Assembly (NCBI RefSeq): GCF_009834535.1
Contig: NC_045696.1
Coordinates: 108,936,001-109,000,000 of the forward strand
Length of the DNA: 64,000 nt
Direction: 5' to 3'
From: Camelus ferus
Taxonomy: Eukaryota
Of this stretch, positions 48,086-60,748 are shown in pieces. The translations under genes and the position numbers were made by a program. The first letter of the stretch is position 1, and every line of letters starts with the position of its first letter. The notes under the pieces are model-generated. The model saw only the letters and a list, made by a program, of their open reading frames with translations. It was not told where the DNA came from and searched no databases.

Positions 48086-49529
48086 GTTAACTCATCTTAG
48101 CAAGAACCTGCCCTGCAGCCCCTCTGCACCCCACCATCTTGCTAGCCTGCGCTCTAGTCCAGGCTTCTCCCACTCCACTGGGTGATGGGCTCCTGACGTG
48201 CCCACATGGACACACATGCACAAGCACACCCACGCACACCCCACCCCATGTGCATGCTTGTTTCTCTGCCTGTGATAAACCCTCCCAGGGAAGTACTAAT
48301 TGTCACACATGATAAGAAAGAAAAAAATTGTTCATTGTCTAGGGTGCAGGGACCAAAACCCAGTGAATGATATGGAGATGGGGCCTGAAAACACAAAAGT
48401 AGAGTAAAGTGAGACTGCACTCAAGAAGGAGTCCTTGAGGAAGACGCAGTGAGAAATACCGCTGCGGAAGCAGCGGGCGCGCCACAGCTGGCTTGTGTGA
48501 CTGTCCTGGGGGCAGCTGCACATCTGGGCTTCCCTCACACCCAGCACAGGTCCAGGTACAAACAGGCACTCAGGACATGCTTGTTGATGATGGAAGGAAG
48601 GAAGAAACAAGAGGAGCAGGAAGACAGCCTCCACTGGAGACTGTGTGCTGCTTTACTTACCTGGGGCAGGGTCTACGTGACAACAGTGTTGGCTGAGTAG
48701 GATGGAAACTCAAAGGAGCAGGGTCACATGCCGCCCGATGAGGGAGCAGGTCTGATGACTGAGAGACATGGGTGCCAGCAGCACAGTACTCACAGGCCTG
48801 CTCCTGGACCAGGAGGGCCGGGGTGTGGATACAGCAGGGTGCACGTGGTGACTGCACTGCTTACCATCTATGCACAGAGCCCACCACGACGCCAGCCACA
48901 TCAGGAAGATGTCAAGAACCCCTACCCTTCATAGCACATGACAGCCATGCTCAGCAGCCGGAGGATTTGCTTCCTGGAGTGGCCAGAAGCCAGTGATGGA
49001 TGGAGGGGGTTAGCATCTGGGCCTGGCTGAGGGGTGCTACCAACGTGTCCACGGCGTGGCTGCCAGCGTTCCTGCTGGATGCTGTTGCCTTCCTCCCAGA
49101 GCCCTGAGCCTGAGTTCCTGCCTCCGGATTAGGGTGTTCAGTGGCCTAATGGGAGATGCTTCTGACCCACTGCCAGGAAGACTCTGAACTCAGGGTCAGG
49201 CTCCTGGAAATCAGGCTGCTGTCTGTGCAAGTAGGCGAGAGACCCTGCAGAGAGCAGCCTGAGGAGAGCCCGCTCCCTGCTTCCTCCCCACTCGGTTTCC
49301 CTCAGGTCTTTATTGGTGAGGCTTCCAAGGGTCTGGTGACTGTGGGCAGAGATCGACAGCCAATGAATCCAGCCCAGAGATGAAGAATTGTTTCTCCACA
49401 GAGGCTCCCGCCTCCTGGGAATGTCTGAGCCCCAAGAGCAGCTGTAAACCAGCCGTAAATCAACCATTTTTTCCCGCTTCCTGCTATTTTATGTACTTTC
49501 TATCCAGTAAAGAAAACAAATAACACCTT

Positions 49530-50370
49530 GCATTGTTTAAGAATTTTTTGGCAACAAAAATCTGGAAGACAGTGACTTAAACACAACTGGGGTTTTAGTT
49601 AGTTAGTTACCTAGTTAGTTAGTTGGTTAATTTAGCTTACAGAAGGACTCTGGGAGTAATTAACCCCAGGTTTTTTCAGCAGCTCCATGAAGCCATTTAG
49701 GGACCCAGTCTCCTTCTGGCCCTCAACCTTGCTTCTTCCAGTGGCGGCCCTGGTCCTCACGTCTGTTGGCTGACTCTGGAGCTCCAGCCATCCCAGCTGA
49801 GTTCCAGGAAGGAGGATGAAAAAGGGTAAGGGCAAAACATGTGTTATGATTCCACTCAGTTTTGTGTGTTTTTTTTTTAAATTGAAGTATACTCAGTTAC
49901 AATGTGTCAATTTCTGGTGCATAATGTTTCAGTCATATGTGTATGTGTATATATATACATACACATATATATACATATATTCATTTTCATATTCTTTTTC
50001 ATTAAAGGTTACTACAAGATATTGAATATAGTTCCCTGTGCCATACCGAAGACGTTTGTTTTTATCTATTTTTATATACAATGGTTAATATCTGCTAATC
50101 TCAAACTCCCAATTTATCCCTTTCTCCATGGCAACCATAAGATTTACTATATCTGTGAGTCTATTTTAAATGTCTTTTTCTAGAAGCTTCGTCCTACAAT
50201 TGTCTTGAACATTCTAGAGGCCAGAACTATAGCACATGACCATTCCATCTGCAAGACAGGCTGGGATTTTTTCCTCTGGGTGCATTGCTATCCCAACAAA
50301 ATAGGAGTTCTGTTAATAAGGAGGGAGGGGGAAAGGCTATGCAGTGGGCACCCAGCAGTCTCCACCACGC
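49530..50370 (-). mobile_element. MaLR LTR (MLT1-like) split by an L1 tail
   Basis: CAGTGACTTAAACACA...CAGCTCCATGAAGCCATTTAGGGACCCAG and GGCCAGAACTATAGCACATGACC...CTGCAAGACAGGCTGGG. Confidence 0.6.
49868..50165 (-). mobile_element. Lineage-specific L1 3' tail
   Basis: PolyT followed by AATTGAAGTATACTCAGTTACAATGTGTC...CAAACTCCCAATTTATCCC...TGTGAGTCT. Confidence 0.88.
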
Positions 50371-50542
50371 ACCTGTGTACCTGCCCTGACTCAGCCAGTT
50401 CACCGAAGGGTCTGGGAAGTGGATTAGACGGAGGAGGAAGAGGACGAAAAGAGAGGGAGAGGGGAAGGGAGGAGGCAGAGCCCAGAAACAGAGCCCGGAG
50501 CCGGTACCCAGGCTGGCTCCAATGGAAGCGTATGCTTGTCTA

Positions 50543-50544
<2 letters not shown>

Positions 50545-50591
<47 letters not shown>
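50545..50591 (+). repeat. (GT)n microsatellite
   Basis: Uninterrupted run of more than 20 TG units. Confidence 0.95.
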
Positions 50592-50593
<2 letters not shown>

Positions 50594-50609
50594 TAGTGAG
50601 GCCAAGAGC

Positions 50610-50688
50610 CACAGTTTTCCCTAGACGTAGGACTTTCAGTGTTAAAACCGGGACAGTCCCAGGCAAACAGGGACAGCTGATGATCTTA
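50610..50688 (-). mobile_element. MER81/MER94-like hAT-Blackjack MITE, partial
   Basis: GGACTTTCAGTGTTAAAACCGGGACAGTCCCAGGCAAACAGGGAC. Confidence 0.75.
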
Positions 50689-50744
50689 AACGTTCACATA
50701 TGTGTGTGTGTGAATCTGGTATTATTAGACTAGAGATCTCAGAC

Positions 50745-51540
50745 CAGAATCCTTAAGGTGTTGTCTGAGGACCCCTGAAGTCCCTCAGGAGTTTTTAAGG
50801 GATCTATGAGGTCAGACTATTTTTCTAATAGTGTTTTGTTTGCCTCTTTCATTCTTTCTCTCACGGGTATACAAAGGAGTTTTCTAGAGGTTATTTGATG
50901 TATGATAACTACGTTTTCCAGACATTATATGAGGTGTGATACTGCAACAGACTGGATGCAAAAACAGATATGAGAATTCAGCTGTCTCCTATTACGTTAG
51001 AGAAAGGAACCAGAGAACCAGACCCCAGGACAGTTTCCATAAACATAAATAATGCCACTCTTCTATTTAGTTTTGTTTTGAGAAATCATCATTTTCATTA
51101 AAAATATGTTAACATACAATGATTTATTAAAGTTATTTTTATTTTATTTTTAAACATTTTTTATTGAGTTACAGTCATTTCACAATGTTGTGTCAAATTC
51201 CAGTGTAGAGCACAATTTTTCAGTTATACATGAACATACGTATATTCATTATCACAATTTTTTCTCTGTGAGCCACCACAAGATCTTGTATATGTTTTCC
51301 TGTGCTATACAGCATAATCTTGTTTATCTATTCTACATATGCCTGTCAGTATCTACAAATTTTGTATTACAGTTATTTTTAAATGAATGGATAAATCATT
51401 TTTTAAATTCCTTGGTCTTAGTTTCCAATATGATAAGCATTGCTAACCATAACCTACATTCTAAAAAGAAATTTTTGGCATCCTCAATAATTTTTAAGAG
51501 TGTAAAGGGATCCTGAGACTGAAGAGCTGGAGATCTGCTG
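50745..51540 (+). mobile_element. MER119-like hAT-Charlie element, interrupted by an L1 tail
   Basis: GAGGTCAGACTATTTTTCTAATA...GCAACAGACTGGATGCAAAAACAGATATGAGAATTCAGCTGTC...TAAGAGTGTAAAGGGATCCTGAGAC. Confidence 0.82.
51142..51364 (-). mobile_element. Young L1 3' tail inside the MER119-like element
   Basis: TTTTTTATTGAGTTACAGTCATTTCACAATGTTGTGTC. 17-bp TSD TATTAAAGTTATTTTTA (51125-51141) / TATTACAGTTATTTTTA (51365-51381). Confidence 0.88.
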
Positions 51541-53149
51541 TTCCAGATTAGCTAATAAGGATGGGGAGTCTCCTGGGAATTAAACAGTGGGAGCAAGATG
51601 AAGGCTGGACCTCAGGGACCCTGGCATCAGAAGGCAGCAGCTCCAGAAGCCTCTGCGGCAGTGGGTGTGCAGTGCTGCTGGAAATGTGCTCCACGTATCG
51701 GGGCCGGGCTGAGAACTAGTCACCACCAGCTGTGATAAGTACAGACATCTTGAGGAGCTTCTAGAAGCTTCCATAGTAACTTGAGAGAGTCATTTTATGC
51801 CTACTTGAAACTAGCAATAAGATAAGTTGGGCTTATATTTTGTATGTCTTCTCTCTTTCATTTTATCTTTCTAGCAATTTATTTTTACTGTACTTTACAA
51901 AAGCGTTCCACGATGCATTGGAAATTTTTAAAATATGCTCCTCTCGTGCCTGAGATGAATCTTAGAGGATTAACACTGGTTATCCAAGCAAAGAGGGGGA
52001 CAAGGTACTCCAAAGAAAATTTTATACTTCAAGGGCAAACTGTGAAATGCTGAGAGCACACGCTCCCTGCTTAGCTGATTCTAGCCTTTCACTGAGCTAT
52101 TTTACAATTTTATAAATTGTAGATAACTAGCAGCAATGCAAAACGATTTCTGCCCACAGACATCCAAAGCTCTGTCATGCAACTGCCTTCCCTCCCTTGC
52201 TGTGGCCAAGGACAGCTTAGCCTCCATTTACTCATTCACTGCAATATTCCTAATCTGTGATTATGCCTGCTCCTTGGATTCCTCTTTGAACTTGTTGTAG
52301 CAGCTCACTGGTAGCCTCACTAGTCAGTTACAGAAAATCATTAGTAAGTGTTCATTAGAAAGTAATATGGTCCTTCACACGATTCACAAACCAGAGTGTG
52401 TGAAGCTCTGCTCCGGGACCCCAGTAATGATGTGACCCAGATGCCTTCTGGAAGTTACTTCCGTTCTCATCCTGCTATCTGCTGACATCGGTACCCTCTC
52501 CTTTGTCTACTTTTCCTAGCTTAGAGCTGTCCTTTCTTTCTAGTTTGGGCTTCCTCATTATCTTGTTTGTTGGGTAGAAGAGGGGCTGAGACTGAGAGAG
52601 AGAGACACCAAAGTACATGGGGGCAAATTGGTCATTCTGTGTGCACTTCCATGTACGCATGGCTGGAGGTAACTGTGCCATGCCCAACAATCACTAAGCA
52701 TCTATTTCATTTTTGTGAGCAAAACCACACCTCTGCGAGCTCCTGGCTTATTGCTTGTCCTTGGAAGCCATCCCCCAGGTCTCCATGCCAGAACCCAATC
52801 CCAGCCTCAGTTGTTAAGTCCCTGGCAGAAGAAGGCCTTTGTCACGAGGGTCCGGATGCTGGGAGAGGCTGTCATAAGCCCGACCTCAGCTGCAGAGGAG
52901 TGCAGTTCAGTGACTGGCGACTCTGACACTTGAGGAAGCCAAAATGATGGTCCCAGCCACCTGCCATCCTGAGAGAAGGAGGGGGTGTCTGAGGTTCCTG
53001 TCAGCAACCCATCTTCTCACTTGGGCTGCTGATAGAACACTAGCCTGATTGTCTCCAGTTTCTTGTTGTCTCCTTGGCAGGCCTGTTGGGTACGGTGCCT
53101 CAGGGGCACTGCACAAGTGACTCAGATTCTGCTGGAAGCCCAAATCCTT

Positions 53150-53792
53150 TCCTATTTATAGTTTCCTTGAGGTAGAGTTTACATACTATAAAATTCACTT
53201 GTTTTGAATATACAATTCAGGAACTTTCAGCAAATTCGTAGAGTTACACTACCATCACCACAATCTAATGTTAAAACCTTTCCATCACCCTGAAAAGTAA
53301 CCTTGTGCCCATTTGCAGGCACTCCCTATGCTCAAGGCAATCACTGCTCTGCTTTATGTCTAAGATTTGCTGTTTCTAGACATTTTATATGAATGGAATC
53401 ATACAATATACATGTTTTTGAGTATCATCCATCGCAGCATGTGTCAATACTTCATTCCTTTTTATAGCCTACTTGCATTCCATTGTGTGACTCTGTCACA
53501 TTTTGTTCATCCATTCTCTAAATGGCCATTTGGTTATTTCCGTCTTTTGGTGGAAATGTTGCTAGGAACAGCTGCATGCCACTCTTCGTGTGGGTTTGCT
53601 TTCATTTCTCTTGGGTGAACACCTGGGAGTGGAGCATGGCAAGTTTATGTTTAACTGTTTGAGAAAGCATCAAATTGTTTTCCAAAGTAGCTGTACCAGT
53701 TTACATTCGCACTAGCAACATAGAAGAGTTCCAGTTGCTCCACATCCTTGTCAACACTTGTTGCTATCTGCCTTTTTGATTATAGCCACTTG
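53150..53792 (-). mobile_element. L1MB-type 3' end
   Basis: TTGAGGTAGAGTTTACATACTATAAAATTCAC...GAGTTCCAGTTGCTCCACATCCTTGTCAACACTTG...TTTTGATTATAGCCA. Confidence 0.88.
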
Positions 53793-53799
53793 TGGGTTG

Positions 53800-54045
53800 G
53801 GAATTTGAATCTTGAGCCACATGAAATGAGGCCACAGCTGTGGCTGACCCATCCTGGGCAGTACACTGAGGAAGCTGCCCCTCCTTCCTGCTGCAGGTCC
53901 TGGGCACCCTGGATTCCTGTCTTTCTTGAGGCCTGATTATTCTGCTCTCCTTAGAGTCTGTATATTACTCTGTATAATGTCTTTTCAATAAAATGTTTTT
54001 TTTTAACTTAAGTGAGAGTGCATGGAGTTCTGACACTTGCAACAG
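53800..54045 (+). mobile_element. Old ERVL/MaLR-type LTR 3' half
   Basis: CCTGTCTTTCTTGAGGCCTG...TCAATAAA...CTTAAG...ACTTGCAACA resembles an LTR end. Confidence 0.5.
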
Positions 54046-55484
54046 CACCCATTTGAATTGAACACTTCCCATGGCGCCCCACTCCTGACCCCAGCTGGAG
54101 CCGACACTGCCCACTGAAATAAGCGTAGCAGGCATCAAGGGTCAGGATTTGTTCCTGGTGCAGACAAACACTGGGGACGCTCCTTCAGCAATAAGGAGGA
54201 CGGCATCATCTCCCAGCTCTCCGGGGACCTGGGTGACAAGCAGCCCACTCATTCAGGCTGCAGCTCACATTTCTGGACTTGCTATAGGCTCAGCTGAGTT
54301 TAAGTTAGAATTTTTGCAGAGAATCACATAAAGTGGTGAGAAGGGTCAGTAGCTTTTGAGAAATTTGATGAAGATGGAGGGGATGAGAAAATGTGTGTCC
54401 TGGTGCACTTTGAGAACTTCTCCCGGGTGACTAAAGTTGGGTCTATGAAAGCATAGAGAGCTGTGTGACAGGGGGTGAGTCACTCGACCTCTCAGCTATA
54501 GTCTGCAGGACTGTTGTGAGACTCGAGGATGAGGAGAGCACCAGAACGGTGCCTGGCTCGTGGCTGACGCTTTCCCCAGCATTGTCATTGTGCTAACATG
54601 TTTCCTGAAGGAAAGCGCAAGAAAACAGCCTTGTCCCAAGCTTTTGTTTTGGGGGAGGGACACTTCAGCAGCATGACTAAGACAATGAACTTCCATGCTA
54701 GACATCAAGCAAGTCTAGCTGTGTCTGCTGGATGTGAGCAGGCATGTTACGCCACCTCACTCAGCCTGTTTCTCTGGCCCTAAAATGACGCCTGTGACAG
54801 TGAATCACTCACTCAGTGTGTTGGAAGGTCACATGACACAGGGAACAGAGAGCCTGAGCCCCTGTGCCTGGTAACAAGAAGCAGTCACCAGTCTTGGCAG
54901 GTTTCTGAGCTGCTATTCCTTGCCTTTCCCCAACCTTTCCCAGATCTGGGAGCTGCCCTCACCCCTGTGGAGTTGCCTCGGGGAAGAGCCTGTGCTCTGT
55001 GTGGGGTGGGCAGTGGGGGCCAGGAGGACCTGAGGGAAGGTTTGAAGGCCCAGAACAGCCCCGACTGCTCCCATCGGGCCTCCAGCAGAAAGGCTCTTGG
55101 CTGGCCAGCCTCTCAGACTGCCAAGGATGCTGCTGACCCCAGCCCAGGTCAGACGTGCGCTGGGTCACCTGAGCTTCCCGACCCTCCCGGCCCAGGACAA
55201 CAGGTGGATGTGCTCGGTAACTCGAGCCTACCTTCTGAGAGCCTGAGAAATTGAGAGAGAACAGACAGCTCTTTCTTCAGACAACCACAAGGGCAATAAA
55301 CAAGTTTTCAGGGAGACCATGGCCAGCTCAAGATTCTGCAGGGCCGGCTGTCCTTCTGGGGGTTATCCAGGACCTCTGCTTTGCAGCAGCAGCAACCAGG
55401 CCCTGTCTGCGAACACCCCATGGGAGTGGGCCCTGGCCTACGCTCTTTCCATGTTCTTTCCCCATTGGGGGAGTTAGTCACAAG

Positions 55485-55700
55485 AGCAGAGGCGTGGGAG
55501 TCAGACCAGGCCTTGAGCCCCGGGATCTTGACCTTGAGCAAGTCAGTTAACCTCTCTGAGCCTCAGTTTTCTCATCGTTAAAATACAGATGACAAGACCT
55601 GCTTGCTATGGTTTAGGGGAATTAGATGATGTAGGGGAGGGGACACCGGTAGCCCAGAGCTGGGCACAGCGTATGCCCTTAGTATATGGCAGGCAAATGT
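55485..55700 (+). mobile_element. MIR
   Basis: GGAGTCAGACC...TGACCTTGAGCAAGTCAGTTAACCTCTCTGAGCCTCAGTTTTCTCATC. Confidence 0.8.
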
Positions 55701-55805
55701 ATCATTGGAACAGTGTCCCCTCTTTAAGCATGAAGAGAATGAAGACCATTGGGCTAGAATCTGAAGCGGTCTGAGGAGCTCCTGCTCTCATCCACCGTGT
55801 GCTTA

Positions 55806-55824
55806 CAGCGCCTCCTGCTGGTTC
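55806..55824 (-). promoter_or_regulatory. CTCF motif, reverse
   Basis: Minus strand GAACCAGCAGGAGGCGCTG is close to the consensus TGGCCASYAGRKGGCGCT. Confidence 0.6.
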
Positions 55825-56549
55825 ACCCATGCCCTGTAACTCTGCTGGTGGACAGACGGGCCAACTGGAAGCCCCTGGGCTCAGGGTTCTGGCTGAAGGA
55901 GGTAGAAAGCCTCAGCTAAGCAGGGGAAGGCGGGGGTGGCATCATCTATAGCTTCTTATTACCCAAACTCTTCTGTTCCCAAACCAGAGCATTCTTCAGA
56001 AAGCGCTGAAGTTGGGCACCCAGAGATGAAACCCCAAGGGTTACCTTGTTCTAAATGTAGCCTCTAATCAATACACAAAGAGTCACAGACCACATTCTAC
56101 ACCCAGACTCTGGGACAAAGGGCAAAGGATAAATGCAGGTGGGAATCCTCATGCAAGTGGTGTGATGAGCATCCCTGGAGAGAAGCCCTCAGCACATCTG
56201 TGTAGACATGTGCCTTTCACGGATGCTGTGGGTCAGACAGGGCATCTGCAAAGCTCTGGACGGGGTCCCAGTAACCACACTTCCCCAAAGACCTAACTGT
56301 TATGATCACTGCTTCATCCCAAAAGAGTGTAAATTGATATAAATGCATTTATATATAAGATACATGGTGTGAGGTTGTACATTTTTTCCAAACAAATTGT
56401 CTTATACATGATGTTTAGGTTATAAGTTTAAGTCCATAAAGGTCTGTGTAAACCATAACGTGTCAGTAATACTGGTTTTTTTTTTTTCGTGAAAAATAGT
56501 TATGTTAGGACCCATTAAACATGCACAGCCCAATTAAACACAACTTAAT

Positions 56550-57015
56550 GTCTACCTGCATCCAAGACTCCTTCCCTCCTCCACTTCAGCCATGTGACCT
56601 AGCCCGGGGACCAGCTCCAGCTCCAGTGAGGGCTCTGATTAGTGGAGCCAACACGATAAGTGTGTCTCTTATATTCAGGCATCCAATCAGCACCTGGCAT
56701 CGCTCTTGGCAACTGTGATTGGTCCAAGGATGGAGGGGAGACCTAACTTGGTCCAGCTGGACCGAAGGAACATTCTTTCAGGTAAGCCATCTTGGAGGTG
56801 CTGGGATAATTTTGGTGGCTTATGAAAAGAACCTGCCTAAAAATGAAGCAAATATGGAAAGAGGAAACAGGGTGAGAAACAGATCAAGTCCTTATTATAT
56901 CATTTGAGCCCCATGTCTTAAACCAGGGTCCGGGATTTTTCACTCACATGAACAAGGGATATACTCTCTATTTTTGCTTGAAGACGTCAGTTGGTTTTTC
57001 TATCACCTGTAACTG
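56550..57015 (+). mobile_element. MaLR LTR (MLT1K/L-like)
   Basis: CCAGCTCCAG...GTGATTGGTCCAAGGATGG...AGAACCTGCCTAAAAATGAAGC...GGTTTTTCTATCACCTGTAAC. Confidence 0.6.
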
Positions 57016-57754
57016 ATGGAGTTCGGGTTGATAACATATCTCAACCTTTAAAAAAATGATTTTCCTTCTCTCTTATTATTTAGTTCTTGGTCTTATGTAA
57101 AAGACATAGGTTACTCCTAATGAGCATCAAATTCTTGCTGTCTGACCTTGAACAAGTCATAGTCAAGTGTCCTCATGAAATTAGAGCATGGGACCCAATT
57201 TCCAGGCCCTTTCCTGCCCTCAAATTGTATACTTCTATGAATAGTCTCTTAGCAACCTTCACACTCAGATTTAGATACAAACTGTTTTCTTCAAGAAAGT
57301 GGATTCAAAACATTAAAATAAAACTTTTAAAACTTTAATCAAATTTCGGATAAGGAGAACCATGCAAGATTGCTTTGCTTTAGCAAAACATAAAACCGCA
57401 ATCGTCGTGAAGATGTGTCATCTGCTAGTTTCTGGTGCCTGAAACCTTCCACCACCTCCCCCTCACTGCACCTGCCTTTTAATGAGTACTGCCTGGCTGT
57501 AGCTGTAGCCAATCTACTTCATTCAGCCTTTTAATCCAAAAACCTTTCAGAGGTAGGAGAGGCATCATCACAGTTTAACAATCTCCAGAGGTTTAAAAAC
57601 AGACTGTATCTGTAGACTCTAGGGGCCTTTGTCAATGGATTCTAGGGTCCCGACTCAAAGCCCTTCAATGACTGTCACCCCAGCTGCCAAGCTGGACACC
57701 TGCCCACTATCTCCCATCCCTCCTCCCATTCCTGCCTACATGAGCATCCTAGAT

Positions 57755-57910
57755 GCGTCACTTAATCTCTTTGTTGCTCAGTTTCCTCATCTGTAAAATG
57801 GGGATAATAGTAGTACCTTCCTCCCAGTGTTGTTGGGAGTACTGAATGAGTGAGGTCCTCAGAACTGTGCCCAGCATGTAGGAAGCACAGGATAAATCTT
57901 CATTATCATC
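57755..57910 (+). mobile_element. MIR
   Basis: CTCAGTTTCCTCATCTGTAAAATGGGGATAATAGTAGTACC, near-consensus core. Confidence 0.88.
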
Positions 57911-59027
57911 TTCATCATCATTATTCCTCATGGACTCTTCAGTGCCAGACAGATGGCTGCTTGGATGGCTGGATGAACACATGGGGTCAAAGCATGAAAT
58001 ACTCAAAATTATTTCACATCATGTAGGTTGCAAGTCAATGCTTATTCATAGTGGCGTTGTAAAAGTGGCACTTCAGGAGGGAAAGATCACACAGCTTACT
58101 TCTGCTATGCCTGCCCACTCCTGAGTCCCCCACAGATTCCTTCCTTTGGAGCTTTTACTGTTGGCTTCCAGGACCAGGATGTCTAGTTAATGATGATTTG
58201 CAACTCCGAGGGTAAGCGTGCTCTTCTGGGTATCCAGTATGACCTGCTCGCCAATACAACTGCAGATTCATTCCCCAATTATGTCTGTTTTAGCTAAAAG
58301 ATATCCAGAATGACCAACTGACCCAGAACTCAATTCCCCACGGACACTCAGAAATAACAGGATTTGGGAACCAATCCTCCGAAACTATTCTTAAATGAAG
58401 CCAACTGATGATGCAGAAAGACCATTTACTGAGTGTAATAGGAGCTGGATTAGATGAGAGCCCTAGTCCCGGGCATCGCTCAGAGAACTCCTTCCCAGAA
58501 GACGCTCCCTCTAAACCCCAAGCTGCTCACTGGCTGCAGAACCAGAATAGGTGGGTCGGCCAACTGGGAGGTGTATACCCCCAAAGGGGCTTGCAGAGTA
58601 CAGTGAGAGTGGGCAAAGGGCCCCAGCAGGGCTGGCTTGCTGCTCTCGCAAGATTTGTTTGTTAGCCAGTTGACTTCGGGCTAATTTCCAACGTCTCTGA
58701 GCCTCAGTTTCTTCAAATGTCAAGTGGTAGCCGTGAGAACTGACTGAGTTCTTACATATACAATTTCTGCCTCACCAAGTGGCACAAGGCTACTCTCTTA
58801 GGTGTCCTTCCTCCTCTTGGAATCTATTTCTGTGCCCAGAGCCAGCACCAGCCCCTGGATCCACTCACTCTCCCACCACCGTCTCCAGTGATGGATAATC
58901 TCTAAATAGTTTTCACACTGACCCCCTGTCCCAGATTCCACCATCTCCTGCCATAACTTCTTGGCAGTCTTCCTTCTGGAAAACATTCCAGGTTCTAATT
59001 TAACATTCACCATATTTCATCCCAAAT

Positions 59028-59300
59028 TAGAGCTTCTTAACCTTTTTTTTTTTTTAAACGAAGGTACTGGAGATTGAACCCAGGACCTCGTGCATGCTAA
59101 GCACACACTCCAGCACTGAGCTATACCCCCATCCCGAGCTTCTGAACCTTTGAAGGGTCAGACATATTTGGGAATCTAATTAAAGCTATGGTCTTCACCC
59201 CTGCCAAAATGACCACACATTTGCATGTGTGTCGGACTCTGTGAAGTCCCTCTCTGGGCCTCTTAGGGCCACATGTACCCCAAGATGAAGGTCCCTTGCC
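59028..59300 (+). mobile_element. hAT-Charlie MITE (MER103C-like) with a SINE inserted near its left end
   Basis: GCTTCTTAACCTTT[SINE]GAAGGGTCAGACATATTTGGGAATCTAATTAAAGCTATGG. Confidence 0.6.
59046..59135 (-). mobile_element. tRNA-derived camelid SINE (Vic-1-like)
   Basis: GGTACTGGAGATTGAACCCAGGACCTCG...CACTGAGCTATACCCCC. 16-bp TSD GAGCTTCT(T/G)AACCTTT at 59030-59045 / 59136-59151. Confidence 0.93.
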
Positions 59301-60427
59301 TTAAGTGACCTTCGGCAGCTTCTAGCCTTCCCATCTGTGCTTGGCCAGCATGCCTGCTGGCCACGCGTTCGCGAGTCATCCCCTAAGGGGCAGGGTAACC
59401 GGCCCTCACTTCACAGTTTACAAGGTGCCACAGAACAAAGTGACATGTTCTCATTCCAGAGGCCACAGAAGGCTAACTCCACCGCCTCTTCAGCTCCCCT
59501 TTCTTGGAGTCTGCCTCAAAAGACGTGCTTTCCCGGCTCTGACCTCAATACCAGAGGGCCCCTTAAAGGACCTGGGCCTTCACAGGGTCCACCTGCCTGC
59601 CCGCCCCCAGCTCTCCCCATCCTTGAACCTCGTCCTGCTCAGAGGCCCGCCCCCGCGTGTTCCCAGGCTCATGTCCCAAGTGCCACCTGTCCCAGGGCTT
59701 CACTCACAAGTGCCGCTGTCCTGCAAAGCTCCTCTGGGCTCAGCCCCCAGGGCAGGAGGGAAGAATTAAGATACCCGAGTTGAAAGATATCAGGCTTCAG
59801 AAGCGAGCTTTAAACAGACTTGAAGAGCAGAAAGTTTCAAAGGCACTCGCTGAAGTCCTCGTAAAACTCCTGCCACCTCTCCTGTGAGCTGGCAGTTCCA
59901 GCCACTTTTAGATCCCTTTGAGCCTTCTCGCCGAGTCACCAGCTCCAGTCCCACAAAGGAACCAAAGAGCCTTGCGTATTTCAGCCTTTCAACAGAAAGA
60001 GATCAGTAGGGGGCTGTGGACCCTCCCAACCTGAAACATGAATGCCATAGCATCACTGAGCCTGAGATCTTGTACGGTCTCCCATCAGGAACTGATGGCA
60101 TTCTTGAGTTGGAAGGGAACTGAGCCTATGCTGAGACACACTCATCTTGGAGAGGAGCAAACCGAGGCTCGGTCAAGTCTACTTGTCTCCCCCAGACCCC
60201 TGGGGAGCGAGTGGCCAAGCTGGACATGCTCGGCATTGTCCAGAGCTCTGCTCATCAGTACTCGGGACAATGCACGGCCCCTTTAAGGGTCACTTTGATG
60301 TGAGTGATGGAGCCCATCCCCCAGTAGCCAGTGTTTGGGCAAACAACAGTGTTGACAAGACTAGGACTATTGAAAGACTGAATGTAAATAAATGGTCACA
60401 GGACTCAACAGAACTTGAAAATATATG

Positions 60428-60748
60428 TGTGTCTGAGTTTTCTAGAATTGCTATAACAAAATACCACAGACTTTGGGGCTTCAATCACAGAATTTTATTT
60501 TCTTACAGGTCTGGATGCTAAAGTCCAAGGTCAAAGTGTCGGCAGGGCTGGTTTCTCCCGAGGCCTCTCTGTTTGGGTCGCAGGTGGCTGCCTTTCTGTG
60601 TGTCCTCATGTAGCCTTTACTCTGTGTGGGTGCATCCCTGGGGTCTCTTCCTCTCTTATAAGGACACTAATCTTATTGGATTAAGACCCATCCTAATGGC
60701 TTCCTTTTATCTCAGCCACTTCTCTAAAGATTCTATCTTCATATGCAG
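60428..60748 (-). mobile_element. MaLR solo LTR (MLT1A/B-like)
   Basis: TGCTATAACAAAATACCACAGAC...AAGTCCAAGGTCAAAGTGTCGGCAGGGCTGG...TCTTATAAGGACACTAATC. Confidence 0.88.

Noticed and set aside
58189..58321. ATGATGA ... CTGA as a C/D-box snoRNA
   Set aside because: No terminal stem, no recognisable rRNA guide, and the motifs are common by chance.
13387..59135. Six tRNA-like sequences as tRNA genes
   Set aside because: They have A/B boxes but also SINE tails, TSDs and broken stems, so they are SINE copies.
59657..59887. ORF ending IKIPELKDIRLQKRALNRLEEQKVSKALAEVLVKLL, which looks helical
   Set aside because: Non-ATG start, no clear splice acceptor, no recognised homolog and no partner exons.
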